A stretch of DNA of 64,000 nt from Trueperaceae bacterium (GCA_965213925.1 OZ243927.1:1056001-1120000); one strand, 5' to 3'; positions 30,074 to 40,243 are shown, counted from the first letter of the stretch. The notes: a model not told the origin generated them from the sequence alone. A program made the numbers and translations.

Positions 30074-31321
30074 TCAGTCGAGCGTAAAGGTGATGGGCAA
30101 AACGACCCGCACGCGTACGCGCCTGCCGCGCTGCTCACCCGGTACAAAGTCGAGGAGATAAGCGGCGCTTAACGCCGCTTCGTCTAGTAGAGGATGCGCG
30201 CCGCGCAAAATCTCAGGGTTTCTAACGTAGCCGTACTCGTCCACGACGAATTCTACGTAGACGCGCCCCTCTAACCCCATCTCCTTAGCACGTTCAGGAT
30301 AGGCGACCTCGGCAGCGTCGTACCCGCCGATAAGTATAGGCATCGCCTCGACAACGTCAAACACCTCAGGTTCGGACGTGCTGGGGGGTTCAGGCATACT
30401 GGGGGGTGGAGGGGGCGCAACGTCCAGTATGAATTCGTCCTCGTTGGATGGCTCGGGCGCGACTTTGGTGTCCGGCAAAGCGGCGTTTGGCAGAGCGGCG
30501 TTTGGCAGAGCTTCGGTGTCAAAAGGTGGCACGCTTTCGTCCGTGGGCGGGGCGACCCCACCATAATCGGGCTCGAGATAGTCTGGCTCGAGATACCCAA
30601 ATGCCGCCTCGTACCGCGCCATCATCCGCGCCTCGGCACGCTCAAAGACGCCGCTCAGGTCGGGATGGATACGGGCGGCGAGCACTACCGACTGGGAGAT
30701 AAAGACGGCTTCGTCGCCGCTCAAACTGTACGTCCGAGCTGTTTGTGGAACTGGCACGCCCCGCGTCATCTCGACTTCGCCGAACACGGTGAGCGTACCA
30801 GCTCCGTCCTCGTCCAGAAAGACCGAGCCGAGCCAACGTCCCTCGGCGTCGAAAAGAAAGGCTAGCTCAAGCTCAGGCGCGAGAAAAGCGTGCCCTTTAG
30901 CAAGGTCTGCGTAGCTCCGTTCGCCCAGATAGCGCGTCGCCGCGACCGAGTCGCTCAGGTGGTAGTAGTGACGGTTGATTTGAGCATATTCTTTAGCGGA
31001 CTCGAGGTCGAAACCTTCCACGCTCCGCCCGCCGTAGGTCGTCACGACCGCCTCTCCTGTGTAGAGATATTTGTACGGGCTGAAAAAAGAGGGACCCACG
31101 GTACGACCTTCTACGAGCAGCCTGTCGCCGAGAAGGTCGGACACGGTGCGACTCCACATAACCTCCGCATTGTTGCGAGTCAGCGTCGCGACTTCGACCG
31201 AACGAACAGATTCGGTGGGCGCATAACGCGCGGTGATCTTCTGGCGCAGTCCCTCCTCGAACGTAGCTTGCGCCTGAGCTAACGTACTTAATAGGGTCAG
31301 CAGCACAGCGAGTAGGGTCAT
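30074..31321 (-). CDS. Exported protein with C-terminal TonB domain
   Basis: Signal peptide, Pro-rich linker, YPERA...EGRV.VEF.VD..G, F.PG.Q.G..V.V..PITF. Confidence 0.82.
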   Translation of the reverse strand: MTLLAVLLTLLSTLAQAQATFEEGLRQKITARYAPTESVRSVEVATLTRNNAEVMWSRTVSDLLGDRLLVEGRTVGPSFFSPYKYLYTGEAVVTTYGGRSVEGFDLESAKEYAQINRHYYHLSDSVAATRYLGERSYADLAKGHAFLAPELELAFLFDAEGRWLGSVFLDEDGAGTLTVFGEVEMTRGVPVPQTARTYSLSGDEAVFISQSVVLAARIHPDLSGVFERAEARMMARYEAAFGYLEPDYLEPDYGGVAPPTDESVPPFDTEALPNAALPNAALPDTKVAPEPSNEDEFILDVAPPPPPSMPEPPSTSEPEVFDVVEAMPILIGGYDAAEVAYPERAKEMGLEGRVYVEFVVDEYGYVRNPEILRGAHPLLDEAALSAAYLLDFVPGEQRGRRVRVRVVLPITFTLD

Positions 31322-31410
31322 GATAAAAGCTTAGACCGCCGCCAAGTGCACCCTTCAATAGTTTTTCACAGTCGCTTCACCGACATTCGGCGAAGCGTTT
31401 CATGTCGCTT

Positions 31411-31433
31411 AATACCTTAAATAATAAGGTATT
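31411..31433. promoter_or_regulatory. Palindromic operator-like site AATACCTTA-N5-TAAGGTATT
   Basis: 9-bp perfect arms immediately upstream of a TAAACT box that lies 6 nt before the ATG at 31452. Confidence 0.6.
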
Positions 31434-31451
31434 TTATGCTAAACTAAGCCA

Positions 31452-31898
31452 ATGGAAAAGACCTCTCCCGACTACCCTTATTACGTCGGACAGCTCCAAG
31501 CGATTCACGCCCTGCGCGACGAACTGGAGCTTGCGCCTAACCAATACCAAGGACTTTTAGAGCACCTCACCGGCTCGCGTTCTGCGAAGTTCATGACCCC
31601 CGAGCAGCGCGAAAAGGTCATCTCGTTTATGCGTATTCACAAGGAACTCGATGAGACGGTCTCTCGCGCCGAGCAAGCCCGCGCCCAACTCAATGCGTCG
31701 TTTCGCGCCTCACAAGCGGAGAACGCCATGAATAAAGAGGTCTACATCAACGGCGAGTTTTTGACGCGCACCGCGACCTCTTTAGAGAGCATCATCCAGA
31801 TGATACGTGGGCTCTACGGCGAGGACGCGCGGCTCATCTGCGCCACCGAAGAGCGCGAGGTGGACGAGACCTCGCTGAAGCTCGAGTTCGTCGCTTAG
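31452..31898 (+). CDS. Hypothetical protein with N-terminal GemA/Gp16 (DUF1018)-like domain
   Basis: AIH.L..EL.L....Y..LL..LTG.RSAK.MT..Q..KVI pattern. Confidence 0.6.
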   Translation: MEKTSPDYPYYVGQLQAIHALRDELELAPNQYQGLLEHLTGSRSAKFMTPEQREKVISFMRIHKELDETVSRAEQARAQLNASFRASQAENAMNKEVYINGEFLTRTATSLESIIQMIRGLYGEDARLICATEEREVDETSLKLEFVA

Positions 31899-31932
31899 TT
31901 CCAATTCAAGAGGTGCATTGCAAACACACCTT

Positions 31933-32340
31933 TTACTTCCGAACCAAGCCAATACCCAGAACGAGCAGCCCCAGGGCCAGTAGCACTGCGCCGACATAAG
32001 CCAAGTTGATCAAGGCATTGGGCTCGGTTGCACCAGGTCTCAAAACCGACAAGAAAAAAGCAGCGGGCAGCAAAATTGCCGACAGAGGAACCGCAAAACT
32101 CACGAACCTCTTGAGGCTATGGGGCAGTTTCGCGCCGTCCACGTAAAGCAGCGCTACGAGCGAAAGGATAAGGAGGACGCCCGCATGGGCGTGACCCGCT
32201 CGCCAGAGGTCTTGACGCAACGGGTTTTGTGTGTAGGCGGGATCATTAACGAGCAGCGTGAGAAGGCTGACGCCACCATAGATGACGGTGGGCAAGATGA
32301 TGAGCAGCAGCCCAGCGTGGCGGCGTGTTTCGGTGCTCAT
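31933..32340 (-). CDS. Small 4-TM membrane protein
   Basis: Hydrophobic segments; RAGHAHAGV motif. Confidence 0.75.
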   Translation of the reverse strand: MSTETRRHAGLLLIILPTVIYGGVSLLTLLVNDPAYTQNPLRQDLWRAGHAHAGVLLILSLVALLYVDGAKLPHSLKRFVSFAVPLSAILLPAAFFLSVLRPGATEPNALINLAYVGAVLLALGLLVLGIGLVRK

Positions 32341-32341
32341 C

Positions 32342-33046
32342 TCAGCCTCTCGCAATCTCTAAGGCTCGCTTTGACTTAGCCTCAAACTTGCGCTTGTAGT
32401 AGCCTATCCACTGCCCGACGAAGATTCCGCCGACAACACCCGGCAGAGCCCAGACGGTCCACTCGAGGCTCTCCGGCAAAAGCGGTCCCACGTTCTGCAC
32501 CATGAACGCCGTCACCGCCGCGAGGTAGCCGCTCAGCATCCGGTCCATGTGGTAGTACCACCACCAGTTGCGGTTTTTGGGCGTGGTGACGAAGCTGCGC
32601 AGGTCTACCCACGCCATCTGCGCGAGAAAAGCGCCAAAGGCGATACCCAGGACGGAAAAGCTGACGGGGACGTCGCTCGAGCTGAGCCCGAGCAGCGGCA
32701 GCGCGCCCCAGAGGATGAACGCAGCACCCGCGAGCAGGGCGACGCTCGCGCCGAACCAGTCGAGCCACGTTGCCCTTTGTCCTCGTTCCGGGCGTTTGCG
32801 GCGCAAAGAACGTGTGCCTGAAAAGACCGCATAAAAGCTCAAAATCGAGATGATGAAGAGGAACATGTTCGGGCGAAAGGCGAGTAGCGCCACCGCGCTC
32901 ACAAAAATCACGAACATCGCCCAGAAGAAGATCCAGCCCCAGCGCCTATGTGCTTTGCCCCCTTTGCGCACCGCCATCGCCACGGGCGCGACGACGAGCG
33001 CAGTCGTCCCCGCCGCCACGTGCGTGAACACCAAAAGAGGCTCCAC
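32342..33046 (-). CDS. DUF2306-like membrane protein
   Basis: H..AG, KGG.AHR..G, H...M..GY.A..TAF. Confidence 0.78.
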   Translation of the reverse strand: MEPLLVFTHVAAGTTALVVAPVAMAVRKGGKAHRRWGWIFFWAMFVIFVSAVALLAFRPNMFLFIISILSFYAVFSGTRSLRRKRPERGQRATWLDWFGASVALLAGAAFILWGALPLLGLSSSDVPVSFSVLGIAFGAFLAQMAWVDLRSFVTTPKNRNWWWYYHMDRMLSGYLAAVTAFMVQNVGPLLPESLEWTVWALPGVVGGIFVGQWIGYYKRKFEAKSKRALEIARG

Positions 33047-33047
33047 G

Positions 33048-33578
33048 CTAACCTCGCCGTTCCAAGAGCAGCCAGACGCCGAAGCCAGCGAGCATCAAGG
33101 GCCACGTGTAACTCAGCAGGGCCAAGACGGGTTCGGCTTGGGCGCTCAAGATGAGGACGCCGAGCACGCTGAGCACGGCTGCCGGGATGAACGCCCAAGT
33201 GTGCGGCGCGTCGCCGAAAATCGAGCAAAGTAGCGGTACGCTCCACCACCCGAGCGAGAGCGCGAGCAGAAACGCGCCTCCTTGCACGTCGTCGCTCATC
33301 ATGCTGGCGAAAGGCGCTTCTGCAACGTAACTGCCGAGGCCGAGACCCGCCAAGATGCTACCGGGGATAAACCAGCCCGACTCACGGCGCAAGATGCCGA
33401 TAGCGATAAGCCCGAGCGCGAGGATAGGGAGTGTGAACGGGTCCATATCGAAGAGGCGCGTCAGCAGGAAAAAGGCACCTAGCGCGATCAGCAGCGCACC
33501 GGGGCTGAGAAGGGACTCGAGTCGTTTCGGCAAGCGGCGCGGCGTTTTGCTATACGCAGTTTCACTGGGTTGGGACAT
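33048..33578 (-). CDS. Multi-TM membrane protein
   Basis: 6-7 hydrophobic segments; AGGAGG RBS before the ATG at 33578. Confidence 0.75.
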   Translation of the reverse strand: MSQPSETAYSKTPRRLPKRLESLLSPGALLIALGAFFLLTRLFDMDPFTLPILALGLIAIGILRRESGWFIPGSILAGLGLGSYVAEAPFASMMSDDVQGGAFLLALSLGWWSVPLLCSIFGDAPHTWAFIPAAVLSVLGVLILSAQAEPVLALLSYTWPLMLAGFGVWLLLERRG

Positions 33579-33626
33579 GGCGAACCTCCTGCTCAAAGCG
33601 TAGCCGCTGAGCATATATGGGCGCAT

Positions 33627-33675
33627 GTGCTAGAGGTCATCCTCGAAAGCTGTTTGAGAGCATGACTTCTGGCAC
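33627..33675. promoter_or_regulatory. Inverted pair of 14-bp boxes (putative NarL-family regulator sites)
   Basis: GTGCTAGAGGTCAT-N21-ATGACTTCTGGCAC, 12/14 complementary, between divergent genes. Confidence 0.5.
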
Positions 33676-33714
33676 GGGTCTTGACGGAGTAACAACGAGT
33701 AAACTAAACGTCTA

Positions 33715-34854
33715 GTGAAAGATACAAAGACGAGCGACTGGTTTCTCTGCCTAGCCGGTCTCGCGGCGTGGCTCGTAGCGGGTTTGCCCGTGTTTGCGGA
33801 CCTCGCGCAGCGACCTGACTCTCTGCTAGAAGCGCGTTACCTGGGGTGGCTTTTGGCTTTTTTCACCTTCGGCGCGGCGTTCTGGCAGGTCAGCCGCAAG
33901 GGAGAGCATGTCCGCAACCAACGGCACCTAGCCGCGCTCATGGGCGTGCAACTCCTCGCCATATTAGCGGCGCTCGCGCTCATCCCCTTCGACCTCGCCA
34001 GCGTGCTCTTCGTCATCCTCGCCTCGCAGTACGCTTGGCTCGGCTCGCTCCGGCTCGCGCTGGGTCTCGTTCTTTTGCAGAGCGCCGCCGCCACTCTTAT
34101 TCACCTGCTGATTAGCGACTGGTCTAGCGTCCAACTGGTGTTTAGTACGGGCATCTACCTGAGCTTCCAGATGTTCGCGCTTTTCACCTCTTACGCCGCG
34201 CTCAGCGAGGCGAAGGCGAAGGGAGAACTCGCCCAGGTCAACGCCGAACTCCGCGCTACGCAAGCCCTCCTAGCGGAGAGCAGCCGCGCAAGCGAACGAG
34301 TGAGAATTGCCCGCGACCTCCACGACCTCATGGGGCACCACCTCACCGCGCTGAGCCTGAATTTGGAAGTTGCCTCGCACGTTTCCGAAGGAAAGTCGTT
34401 AGAGCACGTCCAGAAAGCGCAGTCTCTGACCAAACTCCTCCTAAGCGACGTACGTGAGACGGTCAGCACCTTGCGAGAGGACACCGCACTCGACCTCTCT
34501 GCAGCGTTGGAAATGCTCACCCGCGACATTCCTAGCTTGAAGATTCACCTAGATTTACCTCGAGATTTAGACCTAGACGACCCCCACCGCGCCCAAGTCG
34601 CCCTGCGCTGCGTGCAAGAGGTCATCACGAATACGCTCAAACATGCGCACGCGGAGAATTTGTGGCTCGAGCTGCGCCACACCCCGAGCGGTATAGAAAT
34701 TAGTGCTCGCGACGACGGACGCGGCGCAAAAGAGGTCACGGTAGGCAATGGGCTGAGCGGGATGAAAGAGAGGCTCACCTCACTCGGCGGCGACCTCTCG
34801 CTGACCTCTTCCCCCGGCGAAGGGTTCACCTTGCACGCCAAGCTACCCGCATGA
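33715..34854 (+). CDS. Membrane sensor histidine kinase (HisKA_3)
   Basis: ERVRIARDLHDLMGH, QEVITNTLKH, DDGRG, GNGLSGM.ER. Confidence 0.95.
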   Translation: MKDTKTSDWFLCLAGLAAWLVAGLPVFADLAQRPDSLLEARYLGWLLAFFTFGAAFWQVSRKGEHVRNQRHLAALMGVQLLAILAALALIPFDLASVLFVILASQYAWLGSLRLALGLVLLQSAAATLIHLLISDWSSVQLVFSTGIYLSFQMFALFTSYAALSEAKAKGELAQVNAELRATQALLAESSRASERVRIARDLHDLMGHHLTALSLNLEVASHVSEGKSLEHVQKAQSLTKLLLSDVRETVSTLREDTALDLSAALEMLTRDIPSLKIHLDLPRDLDLDDPHRAQVALRCVQEVITNTLKHAHAENLWLELRHTPSGIEISARDDGRGAKEVTVGNGLSGMKERLTSLGGDLSLTSSPGEGFTLHAKLPA

Positions 34855-35492
34855 TTCGCGTCTCTTTGGTGGACGACCAGACGCTCGTGCGGCAAGGGAT
34901 CAAGAGTCTGCTCGAGCTTGCCGACGACATTGAAGTCATCGCCGAAGCCTCCGACGGCGCGGAAGGCTTAGCGGTCATCGCGGAGACGAAACCCGATGTC
35001 GTTCTCTTAGATTTGCGAATGCCTAAGTTAGACGGCTTAGGCGTGCTAAGAGGTCTAAAGAGCGCCGAGCACGCCCCACCCGTTCTGATTCTCACCACCT
35101 TCGATGACGACGCGCTCGTCTTAGAAGGGCTTAAACTCGGCGCGAAGGGCTACCTCTTAAAAGACGTGTCTTTAGAACAGCTCGTGAACGCGGTACACAC
35201 GCTCCATGAGGGAAGAACGCTCATTCAACCCGCCGTCACCGAGCGCATTTTGCGCGGGCTCGGCAACCTCAACACAGATTATCCCAGCCTGGACACGCCC
35301 GACCCCTTGACCGAGCGCGAGCGCGAAGTGCTGCGGCTTATGGCGGGGGGCTACACGAACCGCGATATTGCGGGGGCACTAGGCGTGTCAGAAGGAACCG
35401 TCAAAAATCACGTCTCTTCGGTGCTCTCGAAATTTGGGGTGAAAGACCGGACGCGGGCGGTGTTGAAGGGGCTCGAGCAAGGCTTGGTTTAA
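34851..35492 (+). CDS. NarL/LuxR-family response regulator
   Basis: VDD, DLRMP, GYLLK; LT.RE.EVL..MA.G.TN...GTVKNHVS. Confidence 0.96.
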   Translation: MIRVSLVDDQTLVRQGIKSLLELADDIEVIAEASDGAEGLAVIAETKPDVVLLDLRMPKLDGLGVLRGLKSAEHAPPVLILTTFDDDALVLEGLKLGAKGYLLKDVSLEQLVNAVHTLHEGRTLIQPAVTERILRGLGNLNTDYPSLDTPDPLTEREREVLRLMAGGYTNRDIAGALGVSEGTVKNHVSSVLSKFGVKDRTRAVLKGLEQGLV

Positions 35493-36244
35493 CCCTCCAC
35501 CTCCACACTTTCATTCACGTCACTCGGCACCTCAAACCCCCCATGCTCCAAGGTTTCATAATATTCGTCAATCTCTTCAGGAATCGACTCGACTTTGTCT
35601 ACCACTTTGAAGAGGTGCATGTCTTTGGGCGCAATCGTGCCCATCTCTAGGAGGGTGTCCTCGAGCCAATCCAAGAGCCCGCCCCAAAACTCTTTCCCGA
35701 CTAAGTAGATGGGAAAGGGTTTAATTTTCTTGGTCTGAATGAGGGTTAATGACTCGAATAGCTCGTCGATCGTGCCGAAGCCGCCGGGGAAGACGACGAA
35801 GGCGGTGGAGTATTTGACCAACATCACCTTGCGGATGAAGAAGTAACGGAAGTTCAGTTCGTCGGTCAAGTAGGGGTTCGCGCCCTGCTCGAAAGGCAGG
35901 TCGATGTTTAAGCCGATGGAGCGCCCTTTCGCCTCATATGCGCCCTTGTTGCCCGCCTCCATGATGCCGGGTCCGCCGCCCGTGATGACGGTGTAGTCGC
36001 ATTCGGCGAGCTTTTTTGCCAAACGTTCGGCTTGTTCGTAGTAAGGATGGTCCGCCTTGAGCCGCGCTGAGCCGAAAATCGTGACGGCTTTGCCTACGTC
36101 GCTCATGTCTTCGAAGCCCTGTACAAACTCGCCCATGATGCGAAAGAGCCGCCAGGATTCGCCGGCTAGGGCGTCGATAACGTATTGTTTCTCAGGTTTT
36201 TTGCCGTAGCCACGGTTGTTTCCGCGTCTATGAATATCGTCCAT
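35489..36244 (-). CDS. LOG-family protein (TIGR00730)
   Basis: FGSAR, TGGGPGIMEA, FFIRK, PGGFGTIDE. Confidence 0.93.
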   Translation of the reverse strand: MDDIHRRGNNRGYGKKPEKQYVIDALAGESWRLFRIMGEFVQGFEDMSDVGKAVTIFGSARLKADHPYYEQAERLAKKLAECDYTVITGGGPGIMEAGNKGAYEAKGRSIGLNIDLPFEQGANPYLTDELNFRYFFIRKVMLVKYSTAFVVFPGGFGTIDELFESLTLIQTKKIKPFPIYLVGKEFWGGLLDWLEDTLLEMGTIAPKDMHLFKVVDKVESIPEEIDEYYETLEHGGFEVPSDVNESVEVEG

Positions 36245-36452
36245 GCTGTATGCTACCTCTTGATGTCGGTAGGAGAAAGTTAAATAGCAGGCTCGAGCCC
36301 CGACGTAAACACGCCGGGCTTTCATGTTAGAGCGCTGAAACTGTGATGGCGTTACGCACCTAAACTCGGTACAATAGCGGTCTAACCCTATCTCGAGCCC
36401 AGTCGCTCAACGCTGGCTCCAAAATCTTGTCTAAAACCTTGGAGGTTACGTA

Positions 36453-37799
36453 GTGAAGAAGTTCGTGTTGGTCATCATCTGCGCCTTTATCTTGTCCCTC
36501 GGTTTGGCGCAAACCGAGGTCAGAACGCAGCTAGAGGGAATCCTCACCCAGTTGGAAGAGGCGCTCGCCGGGCTCGAGGTCAGCGACGCCCTGCGCGAAG
36601 ACGTCCGCGCCCTGCGCGAAGACGTGCAGGCGCAGCTCGCCGGCTTACAAGAGGGCGGGCAAGAAGCGCAAGGGACGCAGCAAGAGGACGCACCGTCAGG
36701 TGAGGTGCAGTCGCCCCTAGAGGCAGCCTTGCGCGAGGAGAACCAGGCGCTAGCGGCGCGGCTCAGCAACTTTCAAGAGGCGTTCGTCGCCGCGCAGGTC
36801 GAACTGCAGTCGCTCGGGCAAGAGGTGAGCAGCCTGCAAGCGGAACGCGACGAACTGCAAGGCAACCTCGGGTCGCAGACGCAGCGCTCGGACGCTTTGG
36901 GTATCGAACGCGACACGCTGACTCAGCAGCTAGAGAGCGCGCAAGCACAGAATCAGGAACTTAATAGCACCTTAGAAGAGGTGCAGGCGCAACTCCAGCA
37001 AGCCCAGGGCGAACAGGCGCAGCTCGAGCAGCAGCGCAGCGAACTCGGCGCGGAGAATGAACAGCTCGCCCAGCAGCTAGAGGCCGCGCAAACGCAGAAT
37101 CAGGAGCTTAGAAGCACCCTAGAAGCGGCGCAGAGCGAGGCGTCTTCGCTAGAGGAGCAACTCGCCGCCTTGACACAGCAGAGCCAGGAGCAGAGCGCAG
37201 CGGGGCAGGCGGAAAGGGAGGAATTGCAGAGCCAGCTCGAAGCGTCCCAAGGTGAACAAGCGGACCTCTCTGAGCAGCTCGAGCAAGCTCAAGCTGAACA
37301 AGCCGACCTCTCTGAGCAACTTAGCGAGGCGACGAGCGGCAGCGAGCAGCTCAGCCAGCAGCTAGAGAGCGCGCAAACTGAGCGCGACCAGCTACTGAGC
37401 AGGTTAAACAGCGCTCTAAGTCAAGAGCAGAGCCTAGAAGAGAGTTTGACGCCGCAAGCAGACCAGTTAGAAAGAGCGCGCACCCAAGCGTCCGAGGCGG
37501 CCGAAGCGTACCTCATGATGCGGCAGGAAACGCCGAACTTAAATCTTGTGGACGAGGCGCGGCGCAGCGAGGTCGAGGCGGCGCAGCAACGCCTTTTGGA
37601 GGCGCAACGTGCCGTCGCCCGCTTGAGCGGCGCACAGGCAACTTACACCGTTCGCTCCGGCGACTTTCTCTCCGGCATCGCCGACCTCTTCTATGGGACC
37701 GGAGGTCGCTGGACGGACATCGTCGACGCAAACGGTTACGTGTTAGACGACCCCGACGCGCTCATTCCGGGAATGGTGTTGGTAATCCCGGCGGGTTAG
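36453..37799 (+). CDS. Exported coiled-coil protein with C-terminal LysM domain
   Basis: Signal peptide; Q/E/L heptads with internal repeats; YTVRSGD.LS.IA..FYG....W..I..AN. Confidence 0.88.
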   Translation: MKKFVLVIICAFILSLGLAQTEVRTQLEGILTQLEEALAGLEVSDALREDVRALREDVQAQLAGLQEGGQEAQGTQQEDAPSGEVQSPLEAALREENQALAARLSNFQEAFVAAQVELQSLGQEVSSLQAERDELQGNLGSQTQRSDALGIERDTLTQQLESAQAQNQELNSTLEEVQAQLQQAQGEQAQLEQQRSELGAENEQLAQQLEAAQTQNQELRSTLEAAQSEASSLEEQLAALTQQSQEQSAAGQAEREELQSQLEASQGEQADLSEQLEQAQAEQADLSEQLSEATSGSEQLSQQLESAQTERDQLLSRLNSALSQEQSLEESLTPQADQLERARTQASEAAEAYLMMRQETPNLNLVDEARRSEVEAAQQRLLEAQRAVARLSGAQATYTVRSGDFLSGIADLFYGTGGRWTDIVDANGYVLDDPDALIPGMVLVIPAG

Positions 37800-37915
37800 G
37801 GCTCATCTCGAGCGCTGAATTGCAACTGACCCTCTTCGTCCGCGACCCAAGTCCAGTTGCCTGAAAGCACATCTTTATCCTCTACAACAAGAGGTGATGT
37901 AGGACTATATTGCAG

Positions 37916-37945
37916 GAGAAGAGGTCTCGAGCGAGACCTCTTCTC
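37916..37945. terminator. Perfect 14-bp hairpin downstream of the LysM gene
   Basis: GAGAAGAGGTCTCG-AG-CGAGACCTCTTCTC. Confidence 0.55.
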
Positions 37946-37951
37946 TATATT

Positions 37952-38186
37952 TAGTACAGCGTTAGCTAAAAACTGAAGCATGTCATTCTGAGCGGAATCC
38001 TCACCAGGGCAGGCTCCGTAGAGCGTAAGAATCTCTGACCTTGCTGACTCCTCTGACAGAGAACGAAAGTTACGCAGTTTTGGCATAGCCAACCGAGACC
38101 CTCACGCCTTCGCCGAAGCTTCGCTCTACTTCGTGAACAGGGTGACATGCTAATAAGTAGCAAAACTTGCTTAACGGTGTATTTAG
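37952..38186 (+). repeat. Dispersed repeat family A, copy 3 (core 37978-38150)
   Basis: GCATGTCATTCTGAGCGGA...CAGGGTGACATGC; outer ends TAGTACAGCGTTA / TTAACGGTGTATTTAG. Confidence 0.85.
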
Positions 38187-38325
38187 CTTCTCTATGTTTA
38201 GTGGAGTTCGGACCCTTACGGTGCGCCATGTGTGCACTTTACAGCTAAAACCTCTTCCGCACCTCACTGTAAGAAGAAGTCGCCTGTACAGTTTAGTTTG
38301 ACACCCTCATTTTAAGATGGTGGGC

Positions 38326-39797
38326 ATGTCTTCTACCGCTTCCGCCGACAATCTACCCGACACCACTACCCCCGAATGGGTCCGCGACGCCGTCTTCTAC
38401 CAAATTTTTCCCGACCGCTTCGCGAAGAGTGAGCGCGTACGCAAAGCGAGCAATTTAGAAACCTGGGAGAGCCCGCCCACCGTCCACGGCTACAAGGGCG
38501 GCGACCTCTTGGGCGTGGTGGAGCACCTCGACTACTTGCAGGACTTGGGCATTACCGCGCTCTACTTCAACCCGGTTTTCCAGTCCGCCTCGAACCACCG
38601 CTACCACACGCACGACTACTACCAAGTTGACCCGATGTTGGGCGGTAACGCGGCGTTAAGAGAACTTGTCGATGCGTGTTACGAACGCGGGCTGAAGATC
38701 GTGTTGGACGGGGTCTTTAACCACTCGAGCCGCGGCTTCTTTCAGTTCAACGACATTTTGGAGAACGGTCCGCACAGCGCGTACTTGGATTGGTTCAACA
38801 TTCGCGAGCTGCCCCTTAAAGCGTATAGCGGCGAAGACGGCGACAGGCTCGGCTACGACGCCTGGTGGGGGCTGCCCGCCCTGCCGAAATTCAACACGGA
38901 CACCTCGGCGGTACGCGACTTCTTGTGGAACGTGGGGACGTACTGGTTGGAGTTCGGCATTGACGGCTGGCGCTTGGATGTGCCCAATGAGATCGGCGAC
39001 GACGCTTTTGGCAGGAGTTCCGCCGCCGCTGCCGCGCGGTGAACCCCGAGTGCTACATCGTCGGCGAAATCTGGGATGACGCGAGCCACTGGTTAAAGGG
39101 TGACCAGTTCGATGCGGTGATGAACTACCCCTTTACCCGCGCGGCGTTCGGCTTCACTGCAACCTCGCTCAACGAGAAAGAGATCGCACGGTGCGGCTAC
39201 CAACACATCCCCAAGCTGGACGCGACCTCGTTCGCCGCCGCCGCCGAAACTTTGCTGCACGACCACCGTCCGGAAATCACCGAGGTGCAGCTCAACCTCT
39301 TGGGTAGTCACGACACGCCGAGGGCGCTCACGGTGGTGAACGGCGACGAAGCGGCGTACCGCATGGCGCTCCTTTTCCAGATGACCTTTCCCGGTGCGCC
39401 CTGCCTCTATTACGGCGATGAGTTGGGGCTCGAGGGCGGGCACGACCCCGAGTGCCGCCAAGGAATGCCCTGGAACGATAAAGAAGCTTGGAATGAGGCG
39501 TTGCTAGACTACACCAAAACCCTCATCAAACTGCGCCTAGAGTACCCCGCTCTGCGGCGCGGCGCGTTCGAGACGCTGCACGTCTCAGAAGACCTCTACG
39601 TCTACACGAAGAGGTCAGAAGGTGAAACTTTCGTCGGTTTTCTCAATGTAGGGAGTGGCGTGAAAGTGACACAGTTGGCGTTGCCGGACGGAAGCTACCA
39701 AGACCTCTTGAACGGTGAGACCTTTACCGTGCAAGAGGAGAGGTTGGATGTAGACCTCCCAGCGCGTTCCGGTGCACTCTTTCAAAAAGTGGGCTAA
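38326..39797 (+). CDS. GH13 neopullulanase/cyclomaltodextrinase, split by a single-base frameshift near 39008
   Basis: [31 protein letters not shown]; one extra T in gacgcttttgg restores [10 protein letters not shown]. Confidence 0.9.
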
Positions 39798-39801
39798 AAA
39801 A

Positions 39802-39825
39802 GAGGGCACCTCAGCGGTGCCCCTT
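39802..39825. terminator. Hairpin between convergent GH13 and glnK genes
   Basis: GAGGGCACC-TCAGC-GGTGCCCTTC preceded by an A tract (U tract on the minus strand). Confidence 0.7.
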
Positions 39826-39842
39826 CAAACCTATCCTAAGTT

Positions 39843-40220
39843 TTAACGCTTCGCTTTCGCCTTCTCTTCGGTTTGAACCGGCGTCAGCGCCTCGTCGTCG
39901 CGCTCGCCCGTGCGGATGCGCACAACGCGCTCTAAAGGTTGCACGAAGATTTTGCCGTCGCCGACCTCGCCGGAGCGGGCGGACTTGACGATGGCGTCGA
40001 TCGTCGTGTCGATAAAGGCTTCGCTTACAGCGATCTCGAGCTTGACCTTGTCGTGGAATTCGACGACGTATTGGCTCCCCCGGTACTGCTCCACGACGCC
40101 GCCTTGCCCACCGTGACCGCTGACGCGGGAGATGGTGATGCCCCTCACGCCCGCCTTAAAGAGCGCCTCTTTGACCTCGGATAGTTTGTTCGGGCGAATC
40201 ACTGCGGTGATGAGTTTCAT
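39843..40220 (-). CDS. glnK: P-II nitrogen regulator
   Basis: MKLITAVIRP, EQYRG, GEVGDGKIFV, RIRTGE; linked to amt. Confidence 0.93.
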   Translation of the reverse strand: MKLITAVIRPNKLSEVKEALFKAGVRGITISRVSGHGGQGGVVEQYRGSQYVVEFHDKVKLEIAVSEAFIDTTIDAIVKSARSGEVGDGKIFVQPLERVVRIRTGERDDEALTPVQTEEKAKAKR

Positions 40221-40243
40221 GTAGGCCCTTTCGTCTCGTTTCC

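Noticed and set aside
37796..38267. Short ORFs (98, 87, 65 aa)
   Set aside because: Read through a family A repeat; no RBS or recognisable domain
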